From a virus, in the IMG/VR virus record IMGVR_UViG_3300041405_000225, positions 1 to 64,000 of that record: a DNA stretch of 64,000 nucleotides; one strand, 5' to 3'. Below are positions 19,351-27,898 of the stretch, one piece after another (the first letter of the stretch is position 1; each line of letters starts with the position of its first letter). Under the pieces are notes generated by a model. That model was not told the DNA's origin, searched no databases, and saw only the letters and a program-made list of their open reading frames with translations. Made by a program: the position numbers and the translations under genes.

Positions 19351-20478
19351 TTATCCCTTTACCTTGTTCACGGCGCTGAGCGCGGCGGCAATCTGTTTCT
19401 TACTGAAGCCTTGGGCCTTCATCGCAGCCGTAAGCGCCTGGTGCTGGACGCTGGACGCCTTCCTGTTCACTTTTGCGGCTTGGCTATGGCGCAACTTGTC
19501 GTTTGCCGCACGCACCGCGGCGCGATCGGCGGCGCCGGCCTTGCGGGCTTCCTGCTGGCGTTGGTACGACGGCTGTGCCTGGCGCTGTGTCTTCAGCTCT
19601 TCGGACGTCTTGATCACGGTCCCGCGTTTGGCTTGCTTGCGGGCCTGCTCCATCTGTTCGACGAACGCCTGCTGTTCCTTCACGGTCACTGCCGTGCGTT
19701 TGTTGCTGAGGGTGCGCCGCCCGTTTTCGATCATGCGCTTGGCGAACAGATTGAACGTCGCGCCCGCGGTGATGGTGGCCATGACGCGGATGACGTGTTT
19801 GCAGGCAATCCCCTTCAGGGTGGGGTTACGAACGCGGGGGAAACCATCCTCTGGCCGCCCATAGTTGAAGCTGCCAATGCTGGCGATATAGCGGTACCAG
19901 AACGTGTGCCGCCCACAGTCGCAATCAAACTTCAGCTTGCCCGCCAGCATGCGCCGGGCCGCTTCAAGCGTGGTGTTGCCGTCGGCCAGCACCTTGTCGT
20001 AGTCCAGAAACTGCACATAGACGTGATGTCGGGAGACGTCAGACTTTGCACTGGCGTTGGTCGTGATATGCACCACACCGCCCTGGTTGCTGATAGGGAT
20101 TATCGTGTGGATTTCCCGGCTGGCGCGGGCTCGATCATCCGGCGCCGACAGGTTGACCACCTGCTTTGCCAGGATCCCGCCCGGGGCCGCGGTGACAGGT
20201 ACGTTGCCCTTGCGCTGGCCATGCCGGCGCTGGATGTCGTGCACCGCGGCTCGGAACGCAATCAGGTCATCAACGGTGACAGGCCTGAATTCGCCGCCCA
20301 AGGTGGTGAATAGCCCGCGCTTCGGGTCATACAGGCCCGCCATGTCGTCGGCGGACAGAATCGCGCTCTGGTCGCCAATACGCTGCGCCCGGTCGGCTTC
20401 GAAAAGCTTTCGGGCTTCCGCACTGGCCTTGTTCGCCGAAATTACGACCTTGCTCCGTACACCCTTCTTGGCGGCCAT
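19351..20478 (-). CDS. SWIM-type zinc-finger morphogenesis protein (P1 Pmg-like)
   Basis: FDCDC...GIACKH motif; basic C-terminus. Confidence 0.6.
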   Translation of the reverse strand: MAAKKGVRSKVVISANKASAEARKLFEADRAQRIGDQSAILSADDMAGLYDPKRGLFTTLGGEFRPVTVDDLIAFRAAVHDIQRRHGQRKGNVPVTAAPGGILAKQVVNLSAPDDRARASREIHTIIPISNQGGVVHITTNASAKSDVSRHHVYVQFLDYDKVLADGNTTLEAARRMLAGKLKFDCDCGRHTFWYRYIASIGSFNYGRPEDGFPRVRNPTLKGIACKHVIRVMATITAGATFNLFAKRMIENGRRTLSNKRTAVTVKEQQAFVEQMEQARKQAKRGTVIKTSEELKTQRQAQPSYQRQQEARKAGAADRAAVRAANDKLRHSQAAKVNRKASSVQHQALTAAMKAQGFSKKQIAAALSAVNKVKG

Positions 20479-20774
20479 CAGCGAACGGACCTCACGGCAG
20501 CGACGATGCCTGACTTCTGTTTTAGGTAGGCCAAGTGCTCTTTGGTTGGCAGAACCACGTCCTGTTCTTCCAGTGGGGAATCAACCGTCGACAGCCCAGC
20601 CGCTGCCTGAATGGCCAGCACCTCACTTGTATCGCCGTACACCCTCAGCGCCATCATTTGCAGGTGATAGCGCTCGCTCGGAAAGCTACGCACCACCTGG
20701 CGCCGAGTGGAATACGACGGCTCAGTCAGCGCGAATTTGCGCACTTCCAGATAAAACCGGACTTCAGGGATCAT
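20478..20774 (-). CDS. Tail X/LysM-like baseplate protein
   Basis: MMALRVYGD...IQAAAGL...VVLP pattern. Confidence 0.55.
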   Translation of the reverse strand: MIPEVRFYLEVRKFALTEPSYSTRRQVVRSFPSERYHLQMMALRVYGDTSEVLAIQAAAGLSTVDSPLEEQDVVLPTKEHLAYLKQKSGIVAAVRSVR

Positions 20775-20799
20775 CGCTCACCTCTTCAAACACCAGCGG

Positions 20800-20841
20800 A
20801 TTATCCCGGCGCCATCAGCCCTCTCTGCGGAGCGCTTTGCA
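20800..20841 (-). promoter_or_regulatory. Late promoter (TGCAAAG-N29-GATAAT)
   Basis: Motif family member. Confidence 0.6.
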
Positions 20842-20851
20842 TCCTCCAGAC

Positions 20852-20876
20852 AAAACAAACCCCGCTCATGGCGGGG
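20852..20876 (-). terminator. Intrinsic terminator
   Basis: CCCCGC-N5-GCGGGG hairpin followed by TTTGTTTT on - strand. Confidence 0.7.
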
Positions 20877-20884
20877 CACTTTGC

Positions 20885-21151
20885 CTATTCGCTGTCTTGC
20901 CACTTTCCCGGTGGCCACGTCTTGTCGGCGTACTTCATTGCGGCCTCTTTTGTGCTGAAACGCCGGCGCAAGACCTTATCCGGGTGCCCAACGTCTCTGC
21001 GATCGCCGGTAATGTACGGTGCCCACGCCAGCCAGTAATCCGCCTCGGGCTTATCGTCCCAGCCGTGTGGTTGCGAGGCCCCAGCCCCGTCGGTTCGTGT
21101 CCAGCTGCTTGGCCTGAACTCTCGCCACAACGGCACCGGCCCGGCACTCAC
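20885..21151 (-). CDS. Hypothetical protein
   Basis: GTG start with GGAG RBS, Trp-rich 88 aa. Confidence 0.5.
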   Translation of the reverse strand: MSAGPVPLWREFRPSSWTRTDGAGASQPHGWDDKPEADYWLAWAPYITGDRRDVGHPDKVLRRRFSTKEAAMKYADKTWPPGKWQDSE

Positions 21152-21162
21152 GCTCTCCACGA

Positions 21163-21957
21163 TCAACCCGCCAGCAGAGTGGCACGAGGGTCGCTGGCCA
21201 AGCGTTCGCGCTCTTCGTCCAGATACAACAGACACAGGGCCTCAAGTTCGCGGTCCATTCTGTCGCCCGGACGGGTGAGAGCTACGCGCCCCTGGCCGTC
21301 GATGCTCGGCGCCATCGCCGTCACCTGACCCGCCAGCGAGTCAAGGGGCGGGCACTTGATGACTTTGGTGGCTGAAGCCTCTTTGTAGCGCTCAAAGCCC
21401 AGCGCGTAGTTGTCCTGATACTGGTCGCGCAGCGATTCGCACTCCGGTGGCCACTGCACCTTGGCGTCTGCCCATTCCATACTGTTCGGCACGCTACGGG
21501 TAAGGCAACGGGCCAGATCGCAGCAGAACGACAACACGCTGATCATCACCCGGGGATTGCCCAACGCGGCGGCGTACTCCACCAACCGGATGGCGTAGGC
21601 CGAAGCCATTTCGACATTCCCGTTCAACGTGCGCTCACTCAGCAGAACCGCCCGACGGCGCCCGCCAACACTACGCGGCGCGGCGATGATGAAATGGAAA
21701 GCGTGAAACCGGTAGTTGTCGCAAACGACGGCCAGAAAGTGCTCAAAGGCCTCCCCCTGCTTGATTGGACCAGCGCCAGCAAGCGCCTTGGCCACCAACG
21801 CGGGCACGTCGCTCGGCTTCAGCGAGGCGCCTGCCGGGCGGGCCTTCTTGGGGAAGTAGTCGAAGTTGCGGGTCTGGCCGATCCGTTCAACCTTGCTCAG
21901 CTGGCCCGTCGCAAAGAGGAATCCGCGGTTATCGTCGTCATGCCGGCTGCGCTTCAT
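21163..21957 (-). CDS. Hypothetical protein
   Basis: 264-aa ORF, ATGA overlap with upstream gene. Confidence 0.6.
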   Translation of the reverse strand: MKRSRHDDDNRGFLFATGQLSKVERIGQTRNFDYFPKKARPAGASLKPSDVPALVAKALAGAGPIKQGEAFEHFLAVVCDNYRFHAFHFIIAAPRSVGGRRRAVLLSERTLNGNVEMASAYAIRLVEYAAALGNPRVMISVLSFCCDLARCLTRSVPNSMEWADAKVQWPPECESLRDQYQDNYALGFERYKEASATKVIKCPPLDSLAGQVTAMAPSIDGQGRVALTRPGDRMDRELEALCLLYLDEERERLASDPRATLLAG

Positions 21958-22340
21958 GCTGCCACCGCCGGCACAAACCCGTGCTCTGCAACGTAGGCGC
22001 GATATTGCGCATAGAGGGTAGGCCGGCAGGTGCGGGACACGCCGAACTCACGTCCGCCCACCACGCAGAAATAATCAGGCTTGTTTTTTCGTAGCTCGTT
22101 GCGCGACATGACGCGATCGATCGCGCTCACACGTACCAGACTACTGCGGTGCGCCCGCGTCAAGCTGGTATCCCCGGCCTCGATCTCTTTGATTGAGTGC
22201 TTGCCGCACAGCATCCACTCAACGCCATCACGGTCCAGCGCGTGGACATACTTCTCATCAGCCCAAAAGGCCACGAATACAGACGAATCAACTTTTTCGG
22301 CACGTAGTCGGTGGTTCTTCCTGTAGCGGCGCAATTCCAT
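21954..22340 (-). CDS. Stand-alone LytTR DNA-binding domain protein (candidate late activator)
   Basis: ADEKYV...SIKEIE...RAHRSSLVRVSAI...VSRT motifs of the LytTR domain. Confidence 0.75.
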   Translation of the reverse strand: MELRRYRKNHRLRAEKVDSSVFVAFWADEKYVHALDRDGVEWMLCGKHSIKEIEAGDTSLTRAHRSSLVRVSAIDRVMSRNELRKNKPDYFCVVGGREFGVSRTCRPTLYAQYRAYVAEHGFVPAVAA

Positions 22341-22466
22341 GTTCAAACCCTCAAAACTATCCCCGTACCAGTTTTATCGCTGTTTCACGCGATTAAAGAC
22401 CAGAAACACGGGGTTTTGCCTCTTGGTCACGTCGAAATATACACCAATAAACATAAAAATCTATGT

Positions 22467-24017
22467 TTATGCGACGTCGGCAAAAAGGTCGTTGGCTTTG
22501 CTCAGGGCCGCTTCAGCGCGCGAAGACTTGGCCACCGATGTTTCCTCGGTGCAGGCCACGTAGTTCACGTCTTCCAGGAAGGCCATACAGATGGTGTCGA
22601 AGAGGTCAGGCGAGGACAGGCCGTCTGCCGCCATGCTCTCTTTGCTGGCGATCTTGTAGCGCCCCAGCTCGTCGAACGAATACGGCAGGCGGGAGCCTTG
22701 GTCGATGAGGTCGCGTTTGTACTTGGGCGCCAGCTTGACCACGTTGTCTTTGATCGCCTCGGTGGCGTGGACAGTGCACTGGGCGCGCTGGTTGATGAAT
22801 CGCTTGCGGTTTTCGTTGGAGTGCGGACGGGCACCCCACTGCACGCCCTGGATGATCATGCTGCCCATCTGCAATTCCTCCAGGCGGCGCATGAACTGGA
22901 TACCCATGGCGTTGACGTCGATCACGATGGTGACGTTCGGGAATTGCATGGCGTAGTCGCGCAGCTTGACCGCCAGCGGTGTCCAGTCCTCGGTAGCGCT
23001 GTAGATTGGCACGTCGACCACTTCCACCTTGCGCCGACGCTCGTTGGCCATCCGGTCGCCCTTACCGCTGACTCGCAGGTGGGTGGCCACCGTCTTGTCT
23101 CGCCCTACGCCAGCCGCGACGTCAACCACGATCACATGGCCCCACTCTTCACCTGGCAGGATCGGGCTGGACGCCGCAATGGCGCGCTCAAGCATGGCGC
23201 CACTCAGCAAGTACTTGCTCAGGTTGGTAGGGAACATCCCCTTAACCTTGATCTGGTATTCCGCTTCGTCGGTACCGCCGTATTGCTGGCGCTTCTCCTT
23301 GATGAACTTAAGCGAAACAATCGGACTCTCTTCGGAGTTGAATACCAGGGGCACCCACGGGCCGCCGCGGTAGATCGACTGGCCATGGTGGGTTTCCCAA
23401 AAGAAGCCGGTCGATCGCGTGGGCTGACTGGCCATGATGAAACGGTTTCGCTCATCGGTCAGAGCGCCACCGATCACACCAAAGTTTTCGTCGGGGATGC
23501 CAGACGCCTCATCCGCCAGCCATAGCAGATAGTCGCCGTGGGTACCGGCCAAGTTCTCAGGGGAGCCGCGCGGGGCGGTACGGGTGGTTACGTACCAGGT
23601 GGCGCTATTGCCAACCACGTAGACCTTTTCGGCCTGGATCACTACATAGTCAGCGATCCACGCATGCGGGCCTTTGCGGATCTCGGCGAGCATGGTGGTG
23701 ATTTCTTTCCATACGCCCTCTCGCACCGTCTTGAGTTTCGGTGCGGTCACATAGGTGTTGGAATTCAGGTAGCACAGCAAGTGCCAAAGACAGATAACGC
23801 CGAAACTGCGGGTTTTACCAGTACCGTGGCCAGACGATACCGATACCCGGCAGCCATAGACTGAGGACTCATTGAACAGGTCTTGTTGTTGCGGTGTGAC
23901 TTCCATCAAGCACGCTTCAACCGCGAAGGCGTACAGGTTGAATGCGTAACGCTCGATGAACGCGGGCCACCTCGGGTCTGCCTCTAGACGCAGACGCTTG
24001 GGTTTAGGCTTGGCCAT
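22467..24017 (-). CDS. terL: Terminase large subunit (P1 PacB-like)
   Basis: Walker A SGHGTGKT, Walker B LLWLADEA, SQP motif III, RNase H-like VVDVAAGVGRD...SPDLFD. Confidence 0.95.
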   Translation of the reverse strand: MAKPKPKRLRLEADPRWPAFIERYAFNLYAFAVEACLMEVTPQQQDLFNESSVYGCRVSVSSGHGTGKTRSFGVICLWHLLCYLNSNTYVTAPKLKTVREGVWKEITTMLAEIRKGPHAWIADYVVIQAEKVYVVGNSATWYVTTRTAPRGSPENLAGTHGDYLLWLADEASGIPDENFGVIGGALTDERNRFIMASQPTRSTGFFWETHHGQSIYRGGPWVPLVFNSEESPIVSLKFIKEKRQQYGGTDEAEYQIKVKGMFPTNLSKYLLSGAMLERAIAASSPILPGEEWGHVIVVDVAAGVGRDKTVATHLRVSGKGDRMANERRRKVEVVDVPIYSATEDWTPLAVKLRDYAMQFPNVTIVIDVNAMGIQFMRRLEELQMGSMIIQGVQWGARPHSNENRKRFINQRAQCTVHATEAIKDNVVKLAPKYKRDLIDQGSRLPYSFDELGRYKIASKESMAADGLSSPDLFDTICMAFLEDVNYVACTEETSVAKSSRAEAALSKANDLFADVA

Positions 24018-24026
24018 ATTATCCTT

Positions 24027-24056
24027 AAACACAAAGGGGCCAGTTCCCCGGCCCCT
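24027..24056 (-). terminator. Intrinsic terminator just upstream of terL RBS
   Basis: GGGGCC-N8-GGCCCC followed by TTTGTGTTT. Confidence 0.6.
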
Positions 24057-24059
24057 GCC

Positions 24060-24101
24060 ACTCTACGGCTACGCCAATCGCACTTTTAGCGACGGTTTGC
24101 T
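24060..24101 (-). promoter_or_regulatory. Late promoter (AGCAAAC-N29-TAGAGT) of terL
   Basis: Motif family member. Confidence 0.6.
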
Positions 24102-24785
24102 GTGTTCCGTACCGTTCAGAACGAACGCTTTCCAGCTGCTGCCAGACGCCCAGCAGCTCAACGTTGTTTGGGTGTCGCGGAAAAAGCCTTTGAGCCGAAA
24201 TCGACCGGCGTGCAGCACCATCCCGCCGTTGTTGCAGTGGGCCAGCCCCCCACGCGCTACTTCAAAGCTCACGGCAGGCATGGCCCCGGCGTCTTCCATC
24301 AACCACATGACATCACGCCCACAAAACCCGGCCATGTTTTCGGGGGAATGCGCGCTCGCAGCAAAAAAGAGAACGCCGCACCACTGCTCCTGCTGGCGCA
24401 GCCTGATGCTTCGGATGGTGATTCGCAGGTGTTCAACCAACCACGCGTGCTCGCCCGAAATGTTCCTGACCAGCTTGCTGTACTGCTCACAGCAGCGAAG
24501 CATGTCGCCAAACGGCACGGCTACGAGGGTCTGCGCGTCGGGGCGGCACAGCAAGCGCCAGAACGCGATGGGCGCCAGCGGGCTGATCACTCCCCGCTCC
24601 ATCGCATTTAGGTCTGAGGCGATCGACACGCGGCAGTCCGGCAGTTGCGCGCTTTCGAAGGCCCGCCCCAGCTGGCTATCCACCTCCATGCCGCACACCT
24701 CCCGTGCGAACGCGGCCAGGTCGTTCGCATAACGGCGGACAAATGCAGGCCAACGTTCATCCTCTTGGATCAGGCGCGCACTCAT
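24069..24785 (-). CDS. Degenerate paralog of the TerL ATPase domain
   Basis: Collinear with TerL N-half (DERWPAFVRRYA vs DPRWPAFIERYA; SPENMAG vs SPENLAG); Walker A lost. Confidence 0.8.
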   Translation of the reverse strand: MSARLIQEDERWPAFVRRYANDLAAFAREVCGMEVDSQLGRAFESAQLPDCRVSIASDLNAMERGVISPLAPIAFWRLLCRPDAQTLVAVPFGDMLRCCEQYSKLVRNISGEHAWLVEHLRITIRSIRLRQQEQWCGVLFFAASAHSPENMAGFCGRDVMWLMEDAGAMPAVSFEVARGGLAHCNNGGMVLHAGRFRLKGFFRDTQTTLSCWASGSSWKAFVLNGTEHSKPSLKVRLA

Positions 24786-25381
24786 GCAGCGCCCTCCGTG
24801 GCCAGCTGCGCCGACTCCCGCTCGTGCTCGGCAATCAGCAACGCGGCGGCCTTCTCGATCGCGCGCAACCGGGTTTCTGCCTTCATCGGATAGTGCGGCC
24901 ATGGCCAGAGGGTGGTGGCGTAGTCCGGCACCAGCACTTGGAGGACATAGCCTGCCGCCGCGCGCAGCAACTCATCATTGCGATAACGCCGATCAAGTTC
25001 AGGGTTGTAGCCCTTCACCAGCTTCTGGCGCTGACGCTCACTGAGGATTGCGTCCTCGCTGGCGCTGGTCACAGGCATGGCCGGCCACAGCGCCAGCGGT
25101 TGCTCCCAGCCTCGGGCGGCCCGCTGTGCCCATTGCTCGGGACTCAAGTTGGTGTGTGGCCGCGGTACCGAAATGCCCTGATCCTTGCCACGGTGCCGAG
25201 TCAGCCAGGCTGTTGGGGTTTTGGTGCCCTGCTTGGACTGCGCCAGCGATTCCCATACCTGGAACGTCTTTTGTGTGTGGGCGTTCGCGTACTCGCCCGT
25301 TTCATCGTTATAGGCCAGGTCACTGATGCCGGCGTGACGACAGGACCGCTCGAAATGCTCACGATTGAAGAACAAGGTCAT
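24782..25381 (-). CDS. Hypothetical phage protein
   Basis: C-terminal ERQRQ..KGY..E.D..Y...EL.RAA..Y...WPW...KAAALLIAE domain common in phages. Confidence 0.65.
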   Translation of the reverse strand: MTLFFNREHFERSCRHAGISDLAYNDETGEYANAHTQKTFQVWESLAQSKQGTKTPTAWLTRHRGKDQGISVPRPHTNLSPEQWAQRAARGWEQPLALWPAMPVTSASEDAILSERQRQKLVKGYNPELDRRYRNDELLRAAAGYVLQVLVPDYATTLWPWPHYPMKAETRLRAIEKAAALLIAEHERESAQLATEGAA

Positions 25382-25653
25382 GGTGCAGTGCGCTCAGTTG
25401 AGAAGTTGTATGTGCGTCCAAACAGTTCAAGCAGCCCAGTCAGTGGCGGTGGAAATTTGTGGTTAATGGCGATGCGCGGAATGTCATCGCCCGCACCGCG
25501 GACACCTTCGAAGTGCCAACGATCGGCGGGGAGCTGTGCGCGCTCGGCGTGCTCGATGTCGCCAGCCTCATTGCGCAGCCACAGGTCATCCCCCAGCTCC
25601 AGGTACACGGTCAGCGTCTCGCCGGTCAGGCGATTGGTGATGGTTTGACTCAT
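25378..25653 (-). CDS. Hypothetical protein
   Basis: ATGA-coupled ORF. Confidence 0.6.
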   Translation of the reverse strand: MSQTITNRLTGETLTVYLELGDDLWLRNEAGDIEHAERAQLPADRWHFEGVRGAGDDIPRIAINHKFPPPLTGLLELFGRTYNFSTERTAP

Positions 25654-26111
25654 GGCTTCGGCCCGGCCTTGCCGTTGATCTCGATCGGCTTGGCGAACGC
25701 CTTGGTGAATCGGAACTCTTCCATCAGCTGGCTTCCATCCGCCAGCAGGGCCTGCGCCAACGTGGCCGCCGGGACACTGCGCCCCTCGGCCACATAAGCA
25801 GCCAGACAGCGCACCAACCGCTGCGCGGCATAGGTGCCATTGAATCCAGGCAGCAGGCGAGCACGCCCAACCACCGGCGATTCCAAGTCCACAGCGCGGG
25901 CTTCAGCGAAAGGCGGGGAGAAGTAGAAGCCACCCAAACGCTTTGGCTCCAGGCTGGCCACCAAATCACCGCGCCCAAAAGTGCGCAGGCCTGAAGCTGC
26001 CAGGGATTTGATAATCAGGTTCACGGTATCCAGCCGGTAGCGCTGGCGCTCGCTCAGCATGACGCCAGCAGGCGCCGCGGGTGGTGCGATAGATAAAGCC
26101 TGCATGTACAT
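25650..26111 (-). CDS. Hypothetical protein
   Basis: RBS AGGGG, operator at 26303 upstream. Confidence 0.6.
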   Translation of the reverse strand: MYMQALSIAPPAAPAGVMLSERQRYRLDTVNLIIKSLAASGLRTFGRGDLVASLEPKRLGGFYFSPPFAEARAVDLESPVVGRARLLPGFNGTYAAQRLVRCLAAYVAEGRSVPAATLAQALLADGSQLMEEFRFTKAFAKPIEINGKAGPKP

Positions 26112-26312
26112 CCCCTAAATCTTGAGCCGCAGCTGGGCGCGGTCGCATTCGTTTTCACCGTGCGGCAGCTTGTGGGCATGTACCTCACAGTTCCGACGCT
26201 TGCAGTCACGGCAGTAGGTGTAGGCGGGGGCTTTTTTGGTCCGCCGCCAGGTGACGCGATCGCTTTCGCAAAATCGACAATCCATGTAGTCCGTTCCGGG
26301 TCTATCCCCGGA

Positions 26313-27608
26313 CTACACGGGGCGTGCGTCGATCATCGCCTGCGCGTACACCCACCGGCGATCAGCAAAGGCGGCCATGCTTTCGTCTTTTTCCTGCACC
26401 AGCGGACAGGTAAGCGCGAAGTCGTCACGCAGCTCGATCAGGAATTTGTCCAGGGGCTTGGCTGACGGGCGCGTGTCCGGGTTCGGGCACGCGCCTGGGT
26501 CTGCAACCGGGGGCGCCTTCTTCTCGACTGCAATCGGCAGTTCAGTGCTGTGGAAGGCCAAGGAAATGGCTTCGAAGAGGTCCGCCGCTTCCGCATGCTC
26601 ATGTTTCCAGTCATCTGGCTTGTCCACCCGAAAACGCCCGGTGTCATCAACGTGATACGGCACTTTCAAACCCAAATGTTCCAGCACCGTTTCGTAGTTG
26701 GCGGGGCGCAGACTCTGCGGGATGGCCAGCTTTACAATGCCGGACTTGATGGCTTGGGCAGCAAGCACACTGCATTCAGCGCGCCGGTTGAAAAAGCGCC
26801 CACTGGTGCCACGCTTGGCCAGTGACTGGCCCATCATCAGGCCGTAACGGCTGACTGTCGGGCTCGCGAAGGTTTGCAGGCACTGAAGAAAAAACGCACC
26901 CATTCCCTTTGCATCCACAAGGATGGTGGCATTCGGTAGTGCTGCCGCGCGCTGGAACAGCTCAGCCGCTTGCTGCTTAATGTCGCCGCTGCCTGTGTAA
27001 AGCGGATAATCGACCACCTCAACGAAACGGCGGGACTGGGGGCCGTCGTAGACTTTCATATGGGCGACAACGGTATTACCAGGGCGCACGCCGTCGGATA
27101 CGCGCACACCGAATACGTCATGCGCCTCCACTCCTTTCGGGACAGGGCTGTCGATATCGAGGGCGCGCAGAAGGTCGCCTTCATCGAGAAGGAACGCGCT
27201 CGGCGATTGCGCAGGCTTCTGGAGAATCGCCGGCACCTCTGTATTGGCCGCCGGGGCGGAATGTTGCAGCTTGCCACCAATCACGGTTTGCACTGGATTT
27301 GGCTCCTTGGTGCGCACGATCTCTTTGATGGCGCTGGCCATAGGGGACGTCAGGAAGCTATTCAGCACCCGGCGCAGGCGATAGTGGGTCTGTGCGTAGC
27401 GCGATTTGCGGCCAAAACTTTCCTGGACTGATACGGGCTTGCAGCCTGGGATCTCGACCCAGTAATGCACTCCGCGGGCGATGTTGGCGTGGTCGGGCGC
27501 CGTGACCGCGAACCCTTGGGTGATCAGCCACTGCCTGAATGCCGACACGTTGCTGGCCAGCAACAGATCGGTGTCATGCGTTCCCTTTGCCTTGGCGGTA
27601 TTGCCCAT
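26313..27608 (-). CDS. Protein containing a degenerate paralog of the TerL nuclease domain
   Basis: VEVVDYPLY, PNATILVD..GMG, RFFNRRAEC, PYHVDDTGRF, DLFEAISLAF align with TerL C-half. Confidence 0.8.
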   Translation of the reverse strand: MGNTAKAKGTHDTDLLLASNVSAFRQWLITQGFAVTAPDHANIARGVHYWVEIPGCKPVSVQESFGRKSRYAQTHYRLRRVLNSFLTSPMASAIKEIVRTKEPNPVQTVIGGKLQHSAPAANTEVPAILQKPAQSPSAFLLDEGDLLRALDIDSPVPKGVEAHDVFGVRVSDGVRPGNTVVAHMKVYDGPQSRRFVEVVDYPLYTGSGDIKQQAAELFQRAAALPNATILVDAKGMGAFFLQCLQTFASPTVSRYGLMMGQSLAKRGTSGRFFNRRAECSVLAAQAIKSGIVKLAIPQSLRPANYETVLEHLGLKVPYHVDDTGRFRVDKPDDWKHEHAEAADLFEAISLAFHSTELPIAVEKKAPPVADPGACPNPDTRPSAKPLDKFLIELRDDFALTCPLVQEKDESMAAFADRRWVYAQAMIDARPV

Positions 27609-27898
27609 CAGTCAGCTCCTAACGTGTTGGCCATGAACGGCCTTAGATTTTCGATTCGCCCTGGCCGGCTGGCCTTCGGGCGCACTTCAACAATGGGCTT
27701 GATCCAGAGCTGTCCGGTTTTGAACAGGAACAGCTCCCACAGCCCCAACTTCATCTTGGTCGTACCCTTCTCGTACAGGCGCCAAGACTCACGGCTCACG
27801 TAAATCAGTTCCCCGGCAGCGCTCTCACTCAGGTTCCGGTTTTTCCGGGCCTTGCGGATGTTCTGCGGGGTTGGCTGCCGATCGGCGTTAAGCGTCAT
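27608..27898 (-). CDS. XRE-type HTH transcriptional regulator
   Basis: IRKARKNRNLSESAAGELIYVSRESWRLYEKG. Confidence 0.75.
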   Translation of the reverse strand: MTLNADRQPTPQNIRKARKNRNLSESAAGELIYVSRESWRLYEKGTTKMKLGLWELFLFKTGQLWIKPIVEVRPKASRPGRIENLRPFMANTLGAD

